From NCBI GenBank assembly GCA_902493535.1, contig CABUQG010000007.1, positions 887-64,886 on the forward strand: a stretch of 64,000 bases of DNA, given 5' to 3'. The translations under genes and the position numbers were made by a program. Numbering within the stretch: the first letter of the stretch is position 1; every line of letters begins with the position of its first letter. Below, piece after piece: positions 9,191 to 19,735 of this stretch. This stretch comes from an uncultured Collinsella sp. GTDB taxonomy: Bacteria; Actinomycetota; Coriobacteriia; Coriobacteriales; Coriobacteriaceae. The notes beneath the pieces were generated by a model, which saw only the letters and a list, made by a program, of their open reading frames with translations, did not search any database and had not been told where the DNA came from.

Positions 9191-10948
9191 ATGAACGAGA
9201 TCAAGTGCCCGCATTGCGGCGAAGTTTTTAAGGTCGATGCATCCGGCTATGCGGATATCGTCAAGCAGGTGCGCGATGCGGAGTTCTCGCGCGACCTGAA
9301 TGACCGCGTAGCGGCTGCTCGACGCGAGGGCGAGCAGGCGCTGGAGCTTGAGCGTTCGCGTTCGGCGTCTGCCCTGCAGGAGGCAGAGGCTCAGCGCAAC
9401 GCTCAACTTGTCGAGCAGAAGAACGCTGCGGCTCAGCAACTGGCACAAGAGGTTGCCAAGCGCGATGCCGAGCTTGCCGAGCTGCGCGCCAAGCTCGAGG
9501 GTGCTGCCGCAGAGCGCGAGAGTGCAAGCCGGCGTGCGGCGGTTGAGGCTCGTGCCGATGTCCAAAAGGAGAATGTGGAGCTCCAGCGCGAGATCGACAA
9601 TTTGCGTGCGCAGCTGGGACGCAAAGATGACGAAGCAAAGCTTGCCGAAGCCGCGGTACGCAATGCGACTCAAAATGACCTCGCCGCGCGCGATGCTCAG
9701 ATTGCGGAGTTGCAGGCAAAGCTTGCCGCCGCAGATAAGGCTCAAGAAATGGCACTCGCAACTGCTGCGGCCGAGGCGCAGCGTAAGCTCGAGGCTGCGC
9801 AAAACGAAGCGAATCGTAAGCTTTCCGATTACCAGACAGAAGTGCGTGAGAAGTTCTCGAATGCTAAGACTCAGTCCGAGCGCGAGGCCGAGGGCCTTCG
9901 TGCACAGCTTCGTGAGCAAGAACTTTCTGCAAAAATGGAGCTGTCGAAGGCGGTCGCCGCGGCGGAGCGAGAGCGCGATGAGGCGCGTGCCAAACTGACG
10001 AGCGAGCTGGCGGTGCGCGATTCTCGCGAGGAACAGGTCAAAGCGGCACACGAGCTCGAGCTTGCGCAGGCCAAGCGTGCGAGCGATGACCTGATTCGCT
10101 ATAAGGATGAAGAGATCGAGCGCCTTAAGGACATGAAGGTCCGCCTGTCCACCAAGATGGTGGGCGAGTCGCTCGAGCAGCACTGCGAGACCGAGTTTAA
10201 CCGTCTGCGCATGACGGCGTTTCCTAACGCGTACTTCGAGAAGGATAACGATGCGTCCGAGGGCACCAAGGGCGACTTTATCTTCCGCGAGTGCGACGCA
10301 AGCGGTAACGAGGTCATTTCGATTATGTTCGAGATGAAAAACGAGAACGATGAGACCGCGACCAAGCACAAGAACGAGGACTTCTTTAAGAAACTCGACC
10401 ACGATCGCCGCCAAAAGGGCTGCGAGTACGCGGTGCTCTGCACGTTGCTCGAACCCGAGAGCGAGCTTTACAACGCCGGCATCGTGGACGTGAGCTATCG
10501 CTACGAGAAGATGTACGTGATTCGCCCACAGTTCTTTATTCCCATGATCACGCTTCTTCGCAACGCCGCCATGGGTTCGCTGCGCTATAAGCAGGAGCTG
10601 GCGGAGTACAAGCAGCAGAACATCGACGTCACGAACTTCGAGGCCAAGATGGAGAAGTTCAAGAACGACTTCGGCCGCAACTATGAGCTTGCGAGCCGTA
10701 AGTTCCAGACGGCGATCGAGGAGATTGACAAGACGATTAGCCATCTGCAGAAAACCAAGGAGGCATTGCTGTCCTCCGAGAACAATTTACGTCTAGCCAA
10801 CAAGAAGGCCGACGATCTTACCATTCGCAAGCTCACCTGGGGCAACAAGACCATGAAGGCGGCGTTTGACGAGGCGCGCGGGGCTGCGACAGGGGCAAAC
10901 GATGAGCCCGCCGAGGCGGATTCGTATGAGGTCGAGGATGCCGAGTAG
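9191..10948 (+). CDS. DUF2130 domain coiled-coil protein
   Basis: N-terminal CPHC, long coiled coil, C-terminal [15 protein letters not shown]...KGDFIFR...IMFEMKNE region. Confidence 0.85.
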   Translation: MNEIKCPHCGEVFKVDASGYADIVKQVRDAEFSRDLNDRVAAARREGEQALELERSRSASALQEAEAQRNAQLVEQKNAAAQQLAQEVAKRDAELAELRAKLEGAAAERESASRRAAVEARADVQKENVELQREIDNLRAQLGRKDDEAKLAEAAVRNATQNDLAARDAQIAELQAKLAAADKAQEMALATAAAEAQRKLEAAQNEANRKLSDYQTEVREKFSNAKTQSEREAEGLRAQLREQELSAKMELSKAVAAAERERDEARAKLTSELAVRDSREEQVKAAHELELAQAKRASDDLIRYKDEEIERLKDMKVRLSTKMVGESLEQHCETEFNRLRMTAFPNAYFEKDNDASEGTKGDFIFRECDASGNEVISIMFEMKNENDETATKHKNEDFFKKLDHDRRQKGCEYAVLCTLLEPESELYNAGIVDVSYRYEKMYVIRPQFFIPMITLLRNAAMGSLRYKQELAEYKQQNIDVTNFEAKMEKFKNDFGRNYELASRKFQTAIEEIDKTISHLQKTKEALLSSENNLRLANKKADDLTIRKLTWGNKTMKAAFDEARGAATGANDEPAEADSYEVEDAE

Positions 10949-10965
10949 AGGATAGCGTATAGTGC

Positions 10966-11005
10966 AAAAGCGGGGCCGCTGGCGATATTGCCAACGGCCC
11001 CGCTT
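10966..11005. terminator. Terminator between convergent genes
   Basis: aagcggggccg...cggccccgctt stem-loop. Confidence 0.7.
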
Positions 11006-11022
11006 CGTTCCAGTATGTACGG

Positions 11023-13704
11023 CTAGTCCTCGAGCAGGTCCTCGATAAAGCCGACGCGGTAGTTTTTGAAGATGACCTCGCCGCCGTCTTGCGTGGCATC
11101 CAGGTCGACATCGCCCATGATGCCAAAGTCGTGGTCGCCATCCTCGTCGGCAAAAATCTGGTGCACGTGCCACACGTGATCGGTCTTCTCGTCGCTCCCG
11201 TCGATGGTAAACATCGCGGCGCTGCGGGCATCTCCGTCGGTGAGGATTTCCTCGTGCTGCTCATGGTAGGCATCGAGCGCCTTTTGCCAGCGGACCTCGC
11301 TCATGCCCCAGTCCTCGTCGAGTTCGCCCAGGTCGCGAACGTGCTCGCGGGCGGCAAGGGTCACGCGGCGGAAGAGTGCGTTGCGCACCAGCAGCGTGCA
11401 GCCGCGACGGTCCGCAACGACCTCGTCGATGCCCTGCGGCGGCGCGGCGTCGAGGGCCGCCGGGTTGCCGGCGTTCTCCCACTCGTCCACCAGGCTCGAG
11501 TCGACCGAGCGCACCACAAAGCCGAGCCACGAAATGATGTCGCGCAAGCGCTCATCGCGCTTCTCAATGGGCACGGTGCGATCGAGGGAGCGGTAGGCCT
11601 CGGCTAGGTAGCGCAGCAGAATGCCCTCGGAGCGGGCGATGCCGAGCTTTTGGATATAGCCCTTAAAGTCGCTCGCGCTCTCCAACATGTCGCGCAGGAC
11701 GCTCTTGGGCGAGAGCTGGTAGTCGTTGGCCCAAGGTACTTCCTGGCAGTACTTGTCGAAGGCGGCATCGAGCAAATCCTCGAGCGGCTTTTCGTAGGTG
11801 ACATCCTGGATGCGCTCCAAGCGTTCCTCATATTCGACGCCGTCGGCTTTCATCTCGGCCATAGCGCGGTCGCGCGCGGCGCGCTCCTGCGCGCGCAGCA
11901 CCTGCTTGGGATCCTCGAGCGTAGCCTCGACCATTGAGATCAGATCCATGGTATAGGTCTCACTCTCGGGGTCGAGCAGCTCCAGCGCGGCAAGAAAAAA
12001 CGGCGAGAGCGGCTGGTCGAGCGCAAAATCCTCGGGCAGGTCGACCGTTAGCGCATAGTCGATGTCCGGCGCGGCGTCAGCTGGAGCGTCGGGTGCGGGC
12101 GGCACCTCGGTGCGCACGACGACGCCGGAGTCGATGAGCGTGGCGAAGATCTCGTCGGCACGAACCTCGAGCTTTGCCTTTTCCTCAGGGGTCTGCAGGC
12201 TTGTTTCGATGAGGTCGTGCACGCGGGCGCGGGCGTCGCCGCCCTGCTCGACCACGCTAATCACCATGGAGTGTGTGATGCGCAGGCGCGGCTTGAGCGT
12301 TTCGGGCTGCGTCTCGATCAGGCGCTCAAAGGTCTGCTTGTTCCAGGTGACAAAGCCCTCGGGGGCCTTCTTCTTTTTAATCTTGCGGAGCTTTTTGGGG
12401 TCGTCGCCCGCCTTGGCCATGAGCTTGGCGTTCTCGATCTCGTGCTCCGGGGCCTCGGCGATGACCATGCCCTCGGTATCGAAGCCCGAACGGCCGGCGC
12501 GGCCGGCTATCTGATGGAACTCGCGGGCGCGCAGGCGACGCATCTTGTAGCCGTCGAACTTGGTGAGCGCAGTGAGAACCACGGTGTGGATGGGCACGTT
12601 GATACCGACGCCGAGTGTGTCGGTGCCGCAAATGACGGGCAGTAGGCCCTGCTGCGCCAGGCGTTCGACCAGTAGGCGATAGCGCGGTAGCATACCGGCG
12701 TGGTGCACGCCGACGCCGCAGCCAAGCAAACGCTTGAGGATCTTGCCGAAGGCCGTCGAGAAGCTCGTGCCCTTGGCCGCCTCCTTGATGGCCTCGCGCT
12801 GCTCCTTGCTGGCAATGCCAAAGTTGGCGAGCGACTGTGCCGTCGCAAGGGCGGCATCCTGGCTAAAGTGCACGATATAGAGCGGGGCCTCTCCGCCGCG
12901 CATCGCGAGCTCGACGGTGCCCTCGAGGGAGGTCGTCACGTAGTCGTAGCTCAGCGGCACGGGGCGTGGGGCATCGACGACCAGGTCGCAGGTAGCGCCG
13001 GTGTGTTCCTCGAGTGAGGCGGCGATGGCAGTGACATCGCCGAGCGTGGCGCTCATGAGCATGAATTGCGTGTGAGGCAGGGTGAGCAGTGGCACCTGCC
13101 AGGCCCAGCCGCGGTCGGGGTCGGCAAAATAGTGGAACTCGTCCATGGCGACGCAGCCCACGTCGGCGCCCTCGCCCTCGCGCAGTGCATCGTTGGCAAG
13201 GATTTCTGCCGTGCAGCAGATGACGGGCGCCTTGGTGTTGATATGCGTATCGCCGGTGATCATGCCGACGTTATCGCGGCCGAGTACCTGTACCAGGTCG
13301 AAGAACTTTTCGCTGACCAGGGCCTTGATGGGGGCCGTGTAATAGCAGCGCTTGCCCTGCGCCATGCCCATAAAGAGCATGCCCAGCGCGACGAGCGATT
13401 TACCCGATCCAGTCGGTGTGCCTAAGATGACGTGATCGCCGGCAGCCAGGTCCATGAGGGCCTCTTCTTGGTGATCCCAAAGTTCAATGCCGCGGTCGCT
13501 CGTCCATTCAAAGAAGCGTTCGAAGGCCTGATCGGGCGTGAGCCATGGTTCGGGCTCGCTACCATCCTCGGGCTCCCACCAGGTGGGGGAGAGCGCGCCG
13601 AGCGAGCCGAATTCGGCTTCGGTTCCCGTGCCGCCCGAGAACGAGCTGGCGGCGCCGGCGCCAGAAACGGTGCTGGCGGAAGTATCTGTCGTGGTCTGTG
13701 CCAT
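11023..13704 (-). CDS. SF2 DEAD/DEAH helicase, DUF3516 (HelY/Ski2-like)
   Basis: PTGSGKS, DEFH, SAT, HHAG and QIAGRAGR motifs; likely start ATG 13704. Confidence 0.9.
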   Translation of the reverse strand: MAQTTTDTSASTVSGAGAASSFSGGTGTEAEFGSLGALSPTWWEPEDGSEPEPWLTPDQAFERFFEWTSDRGIELWDHQEEALMDLAAGDHVILGTPTGSGKSLVALGMLFMGMAQGKRCYYTAPIKALVSEKFFDLVQVLGRDNVGMITGDTHINTKAPVICCTAEILANDALREGEGADVGCVAMDEFHYFADPDRGWAWQVPLLTLPHTQFMLMSATLGDVTAIAASLEEHTGATCDLVVDAPRPVPLSYDYVTTSLEGTVELAMRGGEAPLYIVHFSQDAALATAQSLANFGIASKEQREAIKEAAKGTSFSTAFGKILKRLLGCGVGVHHAGMLPRYRLLVERLAQQGLLPVICGTDTLGVGINVPIHTVVLTALTKFDGYKMRRLRAREFHQIAGRAGRSGFDTEGMVIAEAPEHEIENAKLMAKAGDDPKKLRKIKKKKAPEGFVTWNKQTFERLIETQPETLKPRLRITHSMVISVVEQGGDARARVHDLIETSLQTPEEKAKLEVRADEIFATLIDSGVVVRTEVPPAPDAPADAAPDIDYALTVDLPEDFALDQPLSPFFLAALELLDPESETYTMDLISMVEATLEDPKQVLRAQERAARDRAMAEMKADGVEYEERLERIQDVTYEKPLEDLLDAAFDKYCQEVPWANDYQLSPKSVLRDMLESASDFKGYIQKLGIARSEGILLRYLAEAYRSLDRTVPIEKRDERLRDIISWLGFVVRSVDSSLVDEWENAGNPAALDAAPPQGIDEVVADRRGCTLLVRNALFRRVTLAAREHVRDLGELDEDWGMSEVRWQKALDAYHEQHEEILTDGDARSAAMFTIDGSDEKTDHVWHVHQIFADEDGDHDFGIMGDVDLDATQDGGEVIFKNYRVGFIEDLLED

Positions 13705-13826
13705 GTGGTTGCTTTCTCTCGCCGTTTGTCCGCCAACTATTATGGCGTAGCAGCGGCGCGGGGTGCCAGCGCGCGAGAAAATGCAGGAAATGGGCGTTCT
13801 GCCCAGCCGTTTGGTGCAGTTGCCAG

Positions 13827-13949
13827 CTAAGTGAGTAGACTTTTTGCAATATCGCGAGCACATGGCTTTTGCGCAAGAGCTCTACCTGCGGTTTTAGTTT
13901 TCGTTATGCGGGTTGTGCTTGGCTATTGCAAAAAAGTCTACTCACTTAG
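13827..13949. repeat. 123-bp TIR element, copy 3 (standalone)
   Basis: CTAAGTGAGTAGACTTTTTGCAATA...TATTGCAAAAAAGTCTACTCACTTAG with central TACCTGCGGTTTT at the same offset as in copies 1 and 2. Confidence 0.9.
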
Positions 13950-14014
13950 GTTTGAGGGTCGTTCGCTGACGCCTATTTTCACTTGTTTGCCGACGCCGCG
14001 ACCATCAGAAGCCC

Positions 14015-14854
14015 CTAGGACTCCTGCGGCAGGCGCTTCTTGCCTTTGCGGGCGCGGTTTCTAAAGTTCTCGACGGCCTCTTCCATGCCCAGAGGTACAT
14101 AGGTGAGCGCATCGAGGTTTTCGGGCAGGTAGCAGGCAAGGCTTTGCTCCTGCGCGCGGCCCGCCGCGAGCTGTTCATCGCTGGGCTGCGCGCCGGGTGT
14201 GGCGCAAATGCCATAGACGGCGGCACCCATCTCGCGCGTGCGGCATTCATATTCGGTCTCGGGGTGCTCGGGATGGTCGCGGCGGACGTCGTCGCTTACC
14301 CAAAGCGTATCGTAGCCGGCCGCGGCAAACTGTCCCAGGGCGTAATCGCGCAACGGCTTGCTATCGGTGCGCAGCGTGACGGTAGCGCCGGCTGAAAAGA
14401 GCGGGCGGTAGAGCATCAGATGGTCGACATGGACGAGTCGTTTTTTGGCGTACTTGGCCTTGGGCTGCGGCGTGGGAAAGTTGATGGTGATGGCATCGAG
14501 CTCGCCTGCGGCAAACAGCTGCGGCAGCGATGCGGCGCCTCGGGGCAGGACGAGTGCGTTGGATAGCTCCTGCTCGCAGATTTTCTGTGCGGCATAGGCG
14601 ATGCAGATGGGCTCCTGGTCCATGCCGATAAAGAGCGTGTTTGGCTCGTGGGCCGCGCGCTCTACAAGGTACGTTCCCTTGCCGCAGCCCAGATCCAGGT
14701 GAAGGTGCTCGAAGGGCTTGCCGCCTGCGGGCGCACAGGCCTTGCGCCAATCTCCGGCATAAGCCTCGGGGTTCGTCTCAATCGCATCGGCGTAGCGCTC
14801 CAGGCGCTCCTCGAGCACAAAGTTCTTAGGCGTGCGAACGTGGACGGCTCCCAT
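14015..14854 (-). CDS. trmB: tRNA (guanine-N7)-methyltransferase
   Basis: LDLGCGKG, NFPTPQPKAKYAKKRL, LRTD and TEYE motifs. Confidence 0.88.
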   Translation of the reverse strand: MGAVHVRTPKNFVLEERLERYADAIETNPEAYAGDWRKACAPAGGKPFEHLHLDLGCGKGTYLVERAAHEPNTLFIGMDQEPICIAYAAQKICEQELSNALVLPRGAASLPQLFAAGELDAITINFPTPQPKAKYAKKRLVHVDHLMLYRPLFSAGATVTLRTDSKPLRDYALGQFAAAGYDTLWVSDDVRRDHPEHPETEYECRTREMGAAVYGICATPGAQPSDEQLAAGRAQEQSLACYLPENLDALTYVPLGMEEAVENFRNRARKGKKRLPQES

Positions 14855-14972
14855 GAGGCTCCTTGGTCATAAATATGGAACGCGTAGCTGCGCGTTCCGT
14901 CAATGGGTTGAAAAAGGGTGGGCATAGTTTGCCCGAAAGATGCGGTGCGGTTCGGCGGCGAGTCGCCGATAC

Positions 14973-15845
14973 CTACAGACGCTTGAGAATCACATAACGG
15001 TTGAGCTCGCCGCTGCGGCCGTCGGCATGGAAACGTTCAAGCTCGCGCACGGGGACCTCGCCGCTCTTGTAGAACGTGCGGACGCCACGCACCAGGTCGG
15101 TGATCTGCTGATCGTCAAAGTGATGACAATAGCGGTAGGCGTGGCGGTCGTTTTGCCAGCCAATGAGGTGGTCGCCGGCTTCAAACTGCGCTGAATCGTA
15201 ACCCTCAAACGGCGGGGTGAGCTCGGCGCGGGCCTCGGCACGAACGGCCTTGCGCGCCATGCGCTCGTCGTTCATAAACTCCCAAAAGCTGATGGCGATG
15301 ATGCCACCTGGGCGCGTCTGACGCACCAGGGCGTCGAGCACGCGTACGCGATACTCGCACGACGGCACGTGGTGCATAAAGCCAAAGCAGACCGAGATGT
15401 CGGCGAGCGGGGCGTCGAAAAGCACGTCGGGCGTCTCGGCGGGGTTGAGCTTCATGAGGGCGTCGAGCACATCGAGTTCCTGGAAGTGCAGGTTGGGAAT
15501 GCGCAGCGCGTGGCCATGTGCATCGATGGCCAAGTCTTGGCACGAGTCGACGCCATAGAACTCGAAGGGGCGGCTGGCGTCTGCCGAGGGGTTTGCGCCG
15601 TCAACGCCCTTGGCGGCAAGTGCGCCGCCGGCGGCAAAGTTCTCGAATCGCATATTGCCGCAGGCAAGATCGAAGACGCGGACGGGATGCTCAATCGTGG
15701 CGACGTCGAGCTGCCCGAGTGCGATATCCATGGTGCGCACCCAGCCGGGCCAAGGGGCCTGGCGCGTATCGGAAAAGGAGGCGGAGTGCTCGCGATAGAA
15801 CGTATTGTTGAGCTGGATGAGCGATGAGGCGAAATCGCGGTTCAC
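14973..15845 (-). CDS. Class I SAM-dependent methyltransferase
   Basis: FSDTRQAPWPGW, VFDLACGN, FGFMHHVP; probable GTG start at 15845. Confidence 0.8.
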   Translation of the reverse strand: MNRDFASSLIQLNNTFYREHSASFSDTRQAPWPGWVRTMDIALGQLDVATIEHPVRVFDLACGNMRFENFAAGGALAAKGVDGANPSADASRPFEFYGVDSCQDLAIDAHGHALRIPNLHFQELDVLDALMKLNPAETPDVLFDAPLADISVCFGFMHHVPSCEYRVRVLDALVRQTRPGGIIAISFWEFMNDERMARKAVRAEARAELTPPFEGYDSAQFEAGDHLIGWQNDRHAYRYCHHFDDQQITDLVRGVRTFYKSGEVPVRELERFHADGRSGELNRYVILKRL

Positions 15846-16112
15846 GGCGCGGGACTCCCTCCGTTGGCGGTGCGGAATAAACAGTACGACCATACTACCG
15901 TTAACGCCGCAACGGGGACAACCAAGCTACGGGTCATTGCTTTGTTTGGACACATTTCCGCAGCTCACATGTGCCCGCAACCGCCGGTTGTCAAAAATCT
16001 CACTAGAATAGGTGGCATGCTTTTGGCAGTGGCGGATAGATTTTTAACTGTGCAAGGCGCCTTAAGAACAAAAACGGTCCGGCGGCACGGCTGGCATCAC
16101 ATAGGAGGAACC

Positions 16113-16829
16113 ATGAATGTAGAAACTGCGCAGCGGCTCGCCGACCTTCGTCGCAGCAAGGGCTTTAGCCAAGAAGGGTTGGCGCGAAAGTTAGGGCTGT
16201 CGCGCCAGGCGGTCAGCAAATGGGAGCGCGCGGAGAGCTCGCCCGATACCGAGAACCTGATCTCGCTCGCCAAGCTCTATGGCGTGAGTCTGGACGAGCT
16301 GCTCAATCCGAGCGATGAGATCGAGGACGATATCGAGTTTGAGAACGAGGACCGCGCCCGTCAGCGCGAGGCCGAGGCAGCAGAGCGCGCTCGCACCCAT
16401 GAGGCGGCGGCGCGTGCTACCGAGGCGGCAACGCAGGCGAGTGATGCCGCCGCCAAGGCGGCGCAAGCGGCAAGCTGGAGTGCGCAGGCCGCCAATGCCG
16501 CTACGGCGCAGGCGACGAGTGGCGGCGCAGTTGGCTCGACTCCGGTGAAGGGCCCGTTCCAGTCGTTCCCGTATTGGGCCGTGTGCTGGCTGCTGTTCTT
16601 TTTGCTGATGTTCCTGTTTGGTGCCGGCCCCTTTGCCGCGCTGATCTTCTTCACGATTCCCATCTATCACTGGGTGGCGCGTGCGCTCGATGGTGATTGG
16701 GCGCGTGGAGATATTCAGGTTGGTCCGGCGCCGGTGGCGGCTAGGGCTCAGAATACTTCCGCTTCAGTTGATACTGACGTGGCTACCGCGACCACCGCTG
16801 AGCCGATCGCCAAAGAGGGTGATGAATGA
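16113..16829 (+). CDS. XRE-family HTH regulator with C-terminal TM segments
   Basis: SQEGLARKLGLSRQAVSKWERAESSPD; AGGAGG SD. Confidence 0.88.
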   Translation: MNVETAQRLADLRRSKGFSQEGLARKLGLSRQAVSKWERAESSPDTENLISLAKLYGVSLDELLNPSDEIEDDIEFENEDRARQREAEAAERARTHEAAARATEAATQASDAAAKAAQAASWSAQAANAATAQATSGGAVGSTPVKGPFQSFPYWAVCWLLFFLLMFLFGAGPFAALIFFTIPIYHWVARALDGDWARGDIQVGPAPVAARAQNTSASVDTDVATATTAEPIAKEGDE

Positions 16830-17728
16830 TGAAGCTTTCGCATGAATCCAAGGTACGCTTGGGCGTTGGCATCGGAGCGTTTGTGCTCATCATCGGGCTC
16901 GTCTTTGGCACTTCGCGGACTTTGATTCATTTTGATGGCCCGTGGGATCTCGACGATGTTGTATCCGGCTTGTCCGGTATGGACGATGTGGTTGACGACG
17001 ACGATTTTATGAACGATGGCGGTAAATATTCCGCTCGGCCTCAGCAACTTTCGAGCACGACTTTTGACGAAGACGCGTTCCAATCGCTCGACTTGGATGT
17101 GACGTCGGGGACGGTCGAGATTAAACGTGTCTCTGGCGGACCGGTACGTGTCATCGAAAGCGGGCGCGTTGCAAAGGGGGCGTCTGCTTCCGATGCCGCC
17201 ACTCAGAATCTGGTTAAGATCGAGGGCTCTACACTCAAGATTAGCCAGTTCGACTGCGATGACGAGCGCGCCCATGACCGTAAGGTCACCATTGAACTGC
17301 CGCGTGAGCTTGCCGATAACATGATGGGCATTACGGCAAACGTGGGGTTGGGAGACCTGACGGTCGCGGACATTGCGTGCCACGACTTTGATTTGACGTT
17401 GGACTCGGGAGACGTCGCGTTCGCGGGCACCGTGACCGACACTCTGAATGCCGAGGTCGGTTCGGGCGATGTGACGTTCGAGCTTTACCAGGCCCCCGCG
17501 AAATCGATGGACGTGAGTGTGGGCTCGGGCGATGTGGAGATGACGGTTCCGAACTCGACGGGCTTTAAGGCGAGCCTCACCTTGGGCAGCGGCGACTTTG
17601 AGAGCGATTTCCTTCCGCTTGACTACGACGGCGAGACCATTTTGAATCTTGAATTCGATAACGGCGATAAGTCTGCTACGTATCGTTTTGAGGTCGGTTC
17701 GGGCGATATGTCGTTTGATTCGGAGTAG
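16826..17728 (+). CDS. DUF4097 beta-strand-repeat (putative adhesin) protein
   Basis: N-terminal TM and repeated V/L-G-S-G-D motifs; overlaps the upstream stop (ATGA). Confidence 0.8.
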   Translation: MMKLSHESKVRLGVGIGAFVLIIGLVFGTSRTLIHFDGPWDLDDVVSGLSGMDDVVDDDDFMNDGGKYSARPQQLSSTTFDEDAFQSLDLDVTSGTVEIKRVSGGPVRVIESGRVAKGASASDAATQNLVKIEGSTLKISQFDCDDERAHDRKVTIELPRELADNMMGITANVGLGDLTVADIACHDFDLTLDSGDVAFAGTVTDTLNAEVGSGDVTFELYQAPAKSMDVSVGSGDVEMTVPNSTGFKASLTLGSGDFESDFLPLDYDGETILNLEFDNGDKSATYRFEVGSGDMSFDSE

Positions 17729-17827
17729 TGAGGCAGACGAAAGCCTAGGCGAAGATATAGACGCGCTGTTTGATGAAGGCGCCGAAGCCGGGATCGGCTC
17801 CGGCGCCTTTACCTTTACAATGGGGAC

Positions 17828-19735
17828 ATGGAACAGATTATCTTGAACATACTCGAGGCCCTGCGTCGCGGCGAGACCGTGGACGACAAGGCGCTCGTCA
17901 AACTGATACATGCCGAGGCGCGCCGTGAGGGCGCCGACAAACGTGATTTGGCCAAGCGCCGTCTGCTGCCGTTTTACCAGCGGGTAAAACGTGAGGAGCC
18001 GGCTCGTTGGGCTGGGTGGAATGTCGATGCCGATCTGGAACGCCAGCTGCTGCGGGTGCTGAGGATGAAGCCGCGTCGTACGGCTTCGGGCGTGGCGACC
18101 ATTACCGTTATCACCAAGCCCTGGCCATGCTCGGGCGATTGCCTGTTTTGCCCCAACGATCTGCGCATGCCCAAAAGCTACCTGCACGCCGAGCCGGCGT
18201 GCGCCCGTGCGGAGCAAAATTGCTTTGACCCGTATCTGCAGGTGAGCGCTCGTCTGACCGCGCTTTCGCAGATGGGGCACGCAACCGATAAGATTGAGCT
18301 CATCGTGCTCGGCGGTACCTGGAGCGACTATCCGCAAGGGTATCAGACGTGGTTTATGTCGGAGCTTTTCCGTGCGCTCAATGACGATGCCGTCGCCGGC
18401 GTGGCGGCCAACCCCATGCTGGCGCGTCCGGGCATCAGCCGTGCCGAGGCGGGGCGCCTGCTCGATGACGCTCCCGCCGATGCGCTGCCGCCGGTGGTAA
18501 CAGAGCACCGCGAGCGCTATCGGGTTGCCGGCATTGCGACAGATGAGGCTGAGCTTGCTGCCGGCGTTGCCGACGAGCAAGAGCACGTGGATGTTGCTGT
18601 GGGCGGCTACAACCGCGCGGTGCGCCGTCTGTACGGCCCCGGTACGCCGTGGGGCGAGGTTGCCGAGTGGCAGACGGCAACGATGGAGGAGCTTGAGCGT
18701 CAGCAGCGCATCAACGAGACGGCGAAGCATCGCGTGGTGGGGCTCGTTATCGAGACGCGCCCCGATGCCGTGACGCCGCAGACCCTCACGCTTATCCGCC
18801 GCCTGGGCTGCACCAAGATCCAGATGGGTATTCAGAGTCTCGACCAACATTTGCTCGACATCAACGAGCGTCGTATTTCAGTGGCGCAGATCGAGCGGGC
18901 GTTTTCGCTTGCGCGCCTGTTTGGCTTTAAGATCCACGCGCATTTTATGCTTAACTTGCTGGGCGCCACGCCCGAGGGGGATAAGCGCGACTACGAACGC
19001 TTTATGACCGAAGGGGCCTTTATGCCCGACGAGGTCAAGGTTTACCCGTGTGCGCTCATCGAGGACTCGCGTCTGGTGGGCTGCTACGAGCGCGGCGAGT
19101 GGCGTCCCTATACCGAGGAAGAGCTGCTCGATGTGCTGGCCGACGACATCGTGGTGACGCCGGCGTTCTGCCGCATCAGTCGCATGATCCGCGACTTTAG
19201 TTCCGACGACATCATGGTGGGCAACAAGAAACCCAACCTGCGTCAGCTCGTCGAAAACCGCTTGGCCGCTCGGGGTGACGGTGCGACGGTGCGCGAGATT
19301 CGCTATCGCGAGATCAGCACGGCGGGTGCCGACTTGGATGAGCTATCTCTTGATGAGGAGGTGGCGTACGAGACGCCGGTGACGCACGAGCGCTTTTTGC
19401 AGTGGGTGACGCCGCAGGGCAAGATCGCGGGCTTTTTGCGGTTGTCGCTGCCCGACCATTCGTTTGTTGCCGCACATGCGGACGAGTTGCCGACTACGCC
19501 GGACGAGGCGATGATTCGCGAGGTGCACGTGTATGGCATGGCGGCACGCGTGGGCGACCAGGGCCAGGCGGCACAGCATCACGGGTTGGGGCGTTTGCTC
19601 GTAGAGCGTGCGTGCGAGATTGCCCGGGATGCGGGTTATGCGCGTATCAACGTGATTAGCGCGATTGGCACACGCGAGTACTATCGTCATCTTGGATTTT
19701 ATGACCATGGCCTTTATCTGCAAAAGGAGCTCTAA
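17828..19735 (+). CDS. elp3: Elp3-family radical SAM / tRNA uridine(34) acetyltransferase
   Basis: RTASGVA, CSGDCLFCP, PKSY, GGTW, ETRPD and C-terminal REVHVYG...QHHGLG...ISAIGTREYY KAT domain. Confidence 0.88.
   Translation: MEQIILNILEALRRGETVDDKALVKLIHAEARREGADKRDLAKRRLLPFYQRVKREEPARWAGWNVDADLERQLLRVLRMKPRRTASGVATITVITKPWPCSGDCLFCPNDLRMPKSYLHAEPACARAEQNCFDPYLQVSARLTALSQMGHATDKIELIVLGGTWSDYPQGYQTWFMSELFRALNDDAVAGVAANPMLARPGISRAEAGRLLDDAPADALPPVVTEHRERYRVAGIATDEAELAAGVADEQEHVDVAVGGYNRAVRRLYGPGTPWGEVAEWQTATMEELERQQRINETAKHRVVGLVIETRPDAVTPQTLTLIRRLGCTKIQMGIQSLDQHLLDINERRISVAQIERAFSLARLFGFKIHAHFMLNLLGATPEGDKRDYERFMTEGAFMPDEVKVYPCALIEDSRLVGCYERGEWRPYTEEELLDVLADDIVVTPAFCRISRMIRDFSSDDIMVGNKKPNLRQLVENRLAARGDGATVREIRYREISTAGADLDELSLDEEVAYETPVTHERFLQWVTPQGKIAGFLRLSLPDHSFVAAHADELPTTPDEAMIREVHVYGMAARVGDQGQAAQHHGLGRLLVERACEIARDAGYARINVISAIGTREYYRHLGFYDHGLYLQKEL

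Noticed and set aside
9023..10744. Long minus-strand ORFs opposite DUF2130 (likewise 16748..18850, 43588..45354 and 51161..53203)
   Set aside because: Antisense to well-supported genes; no motifs or RBS.
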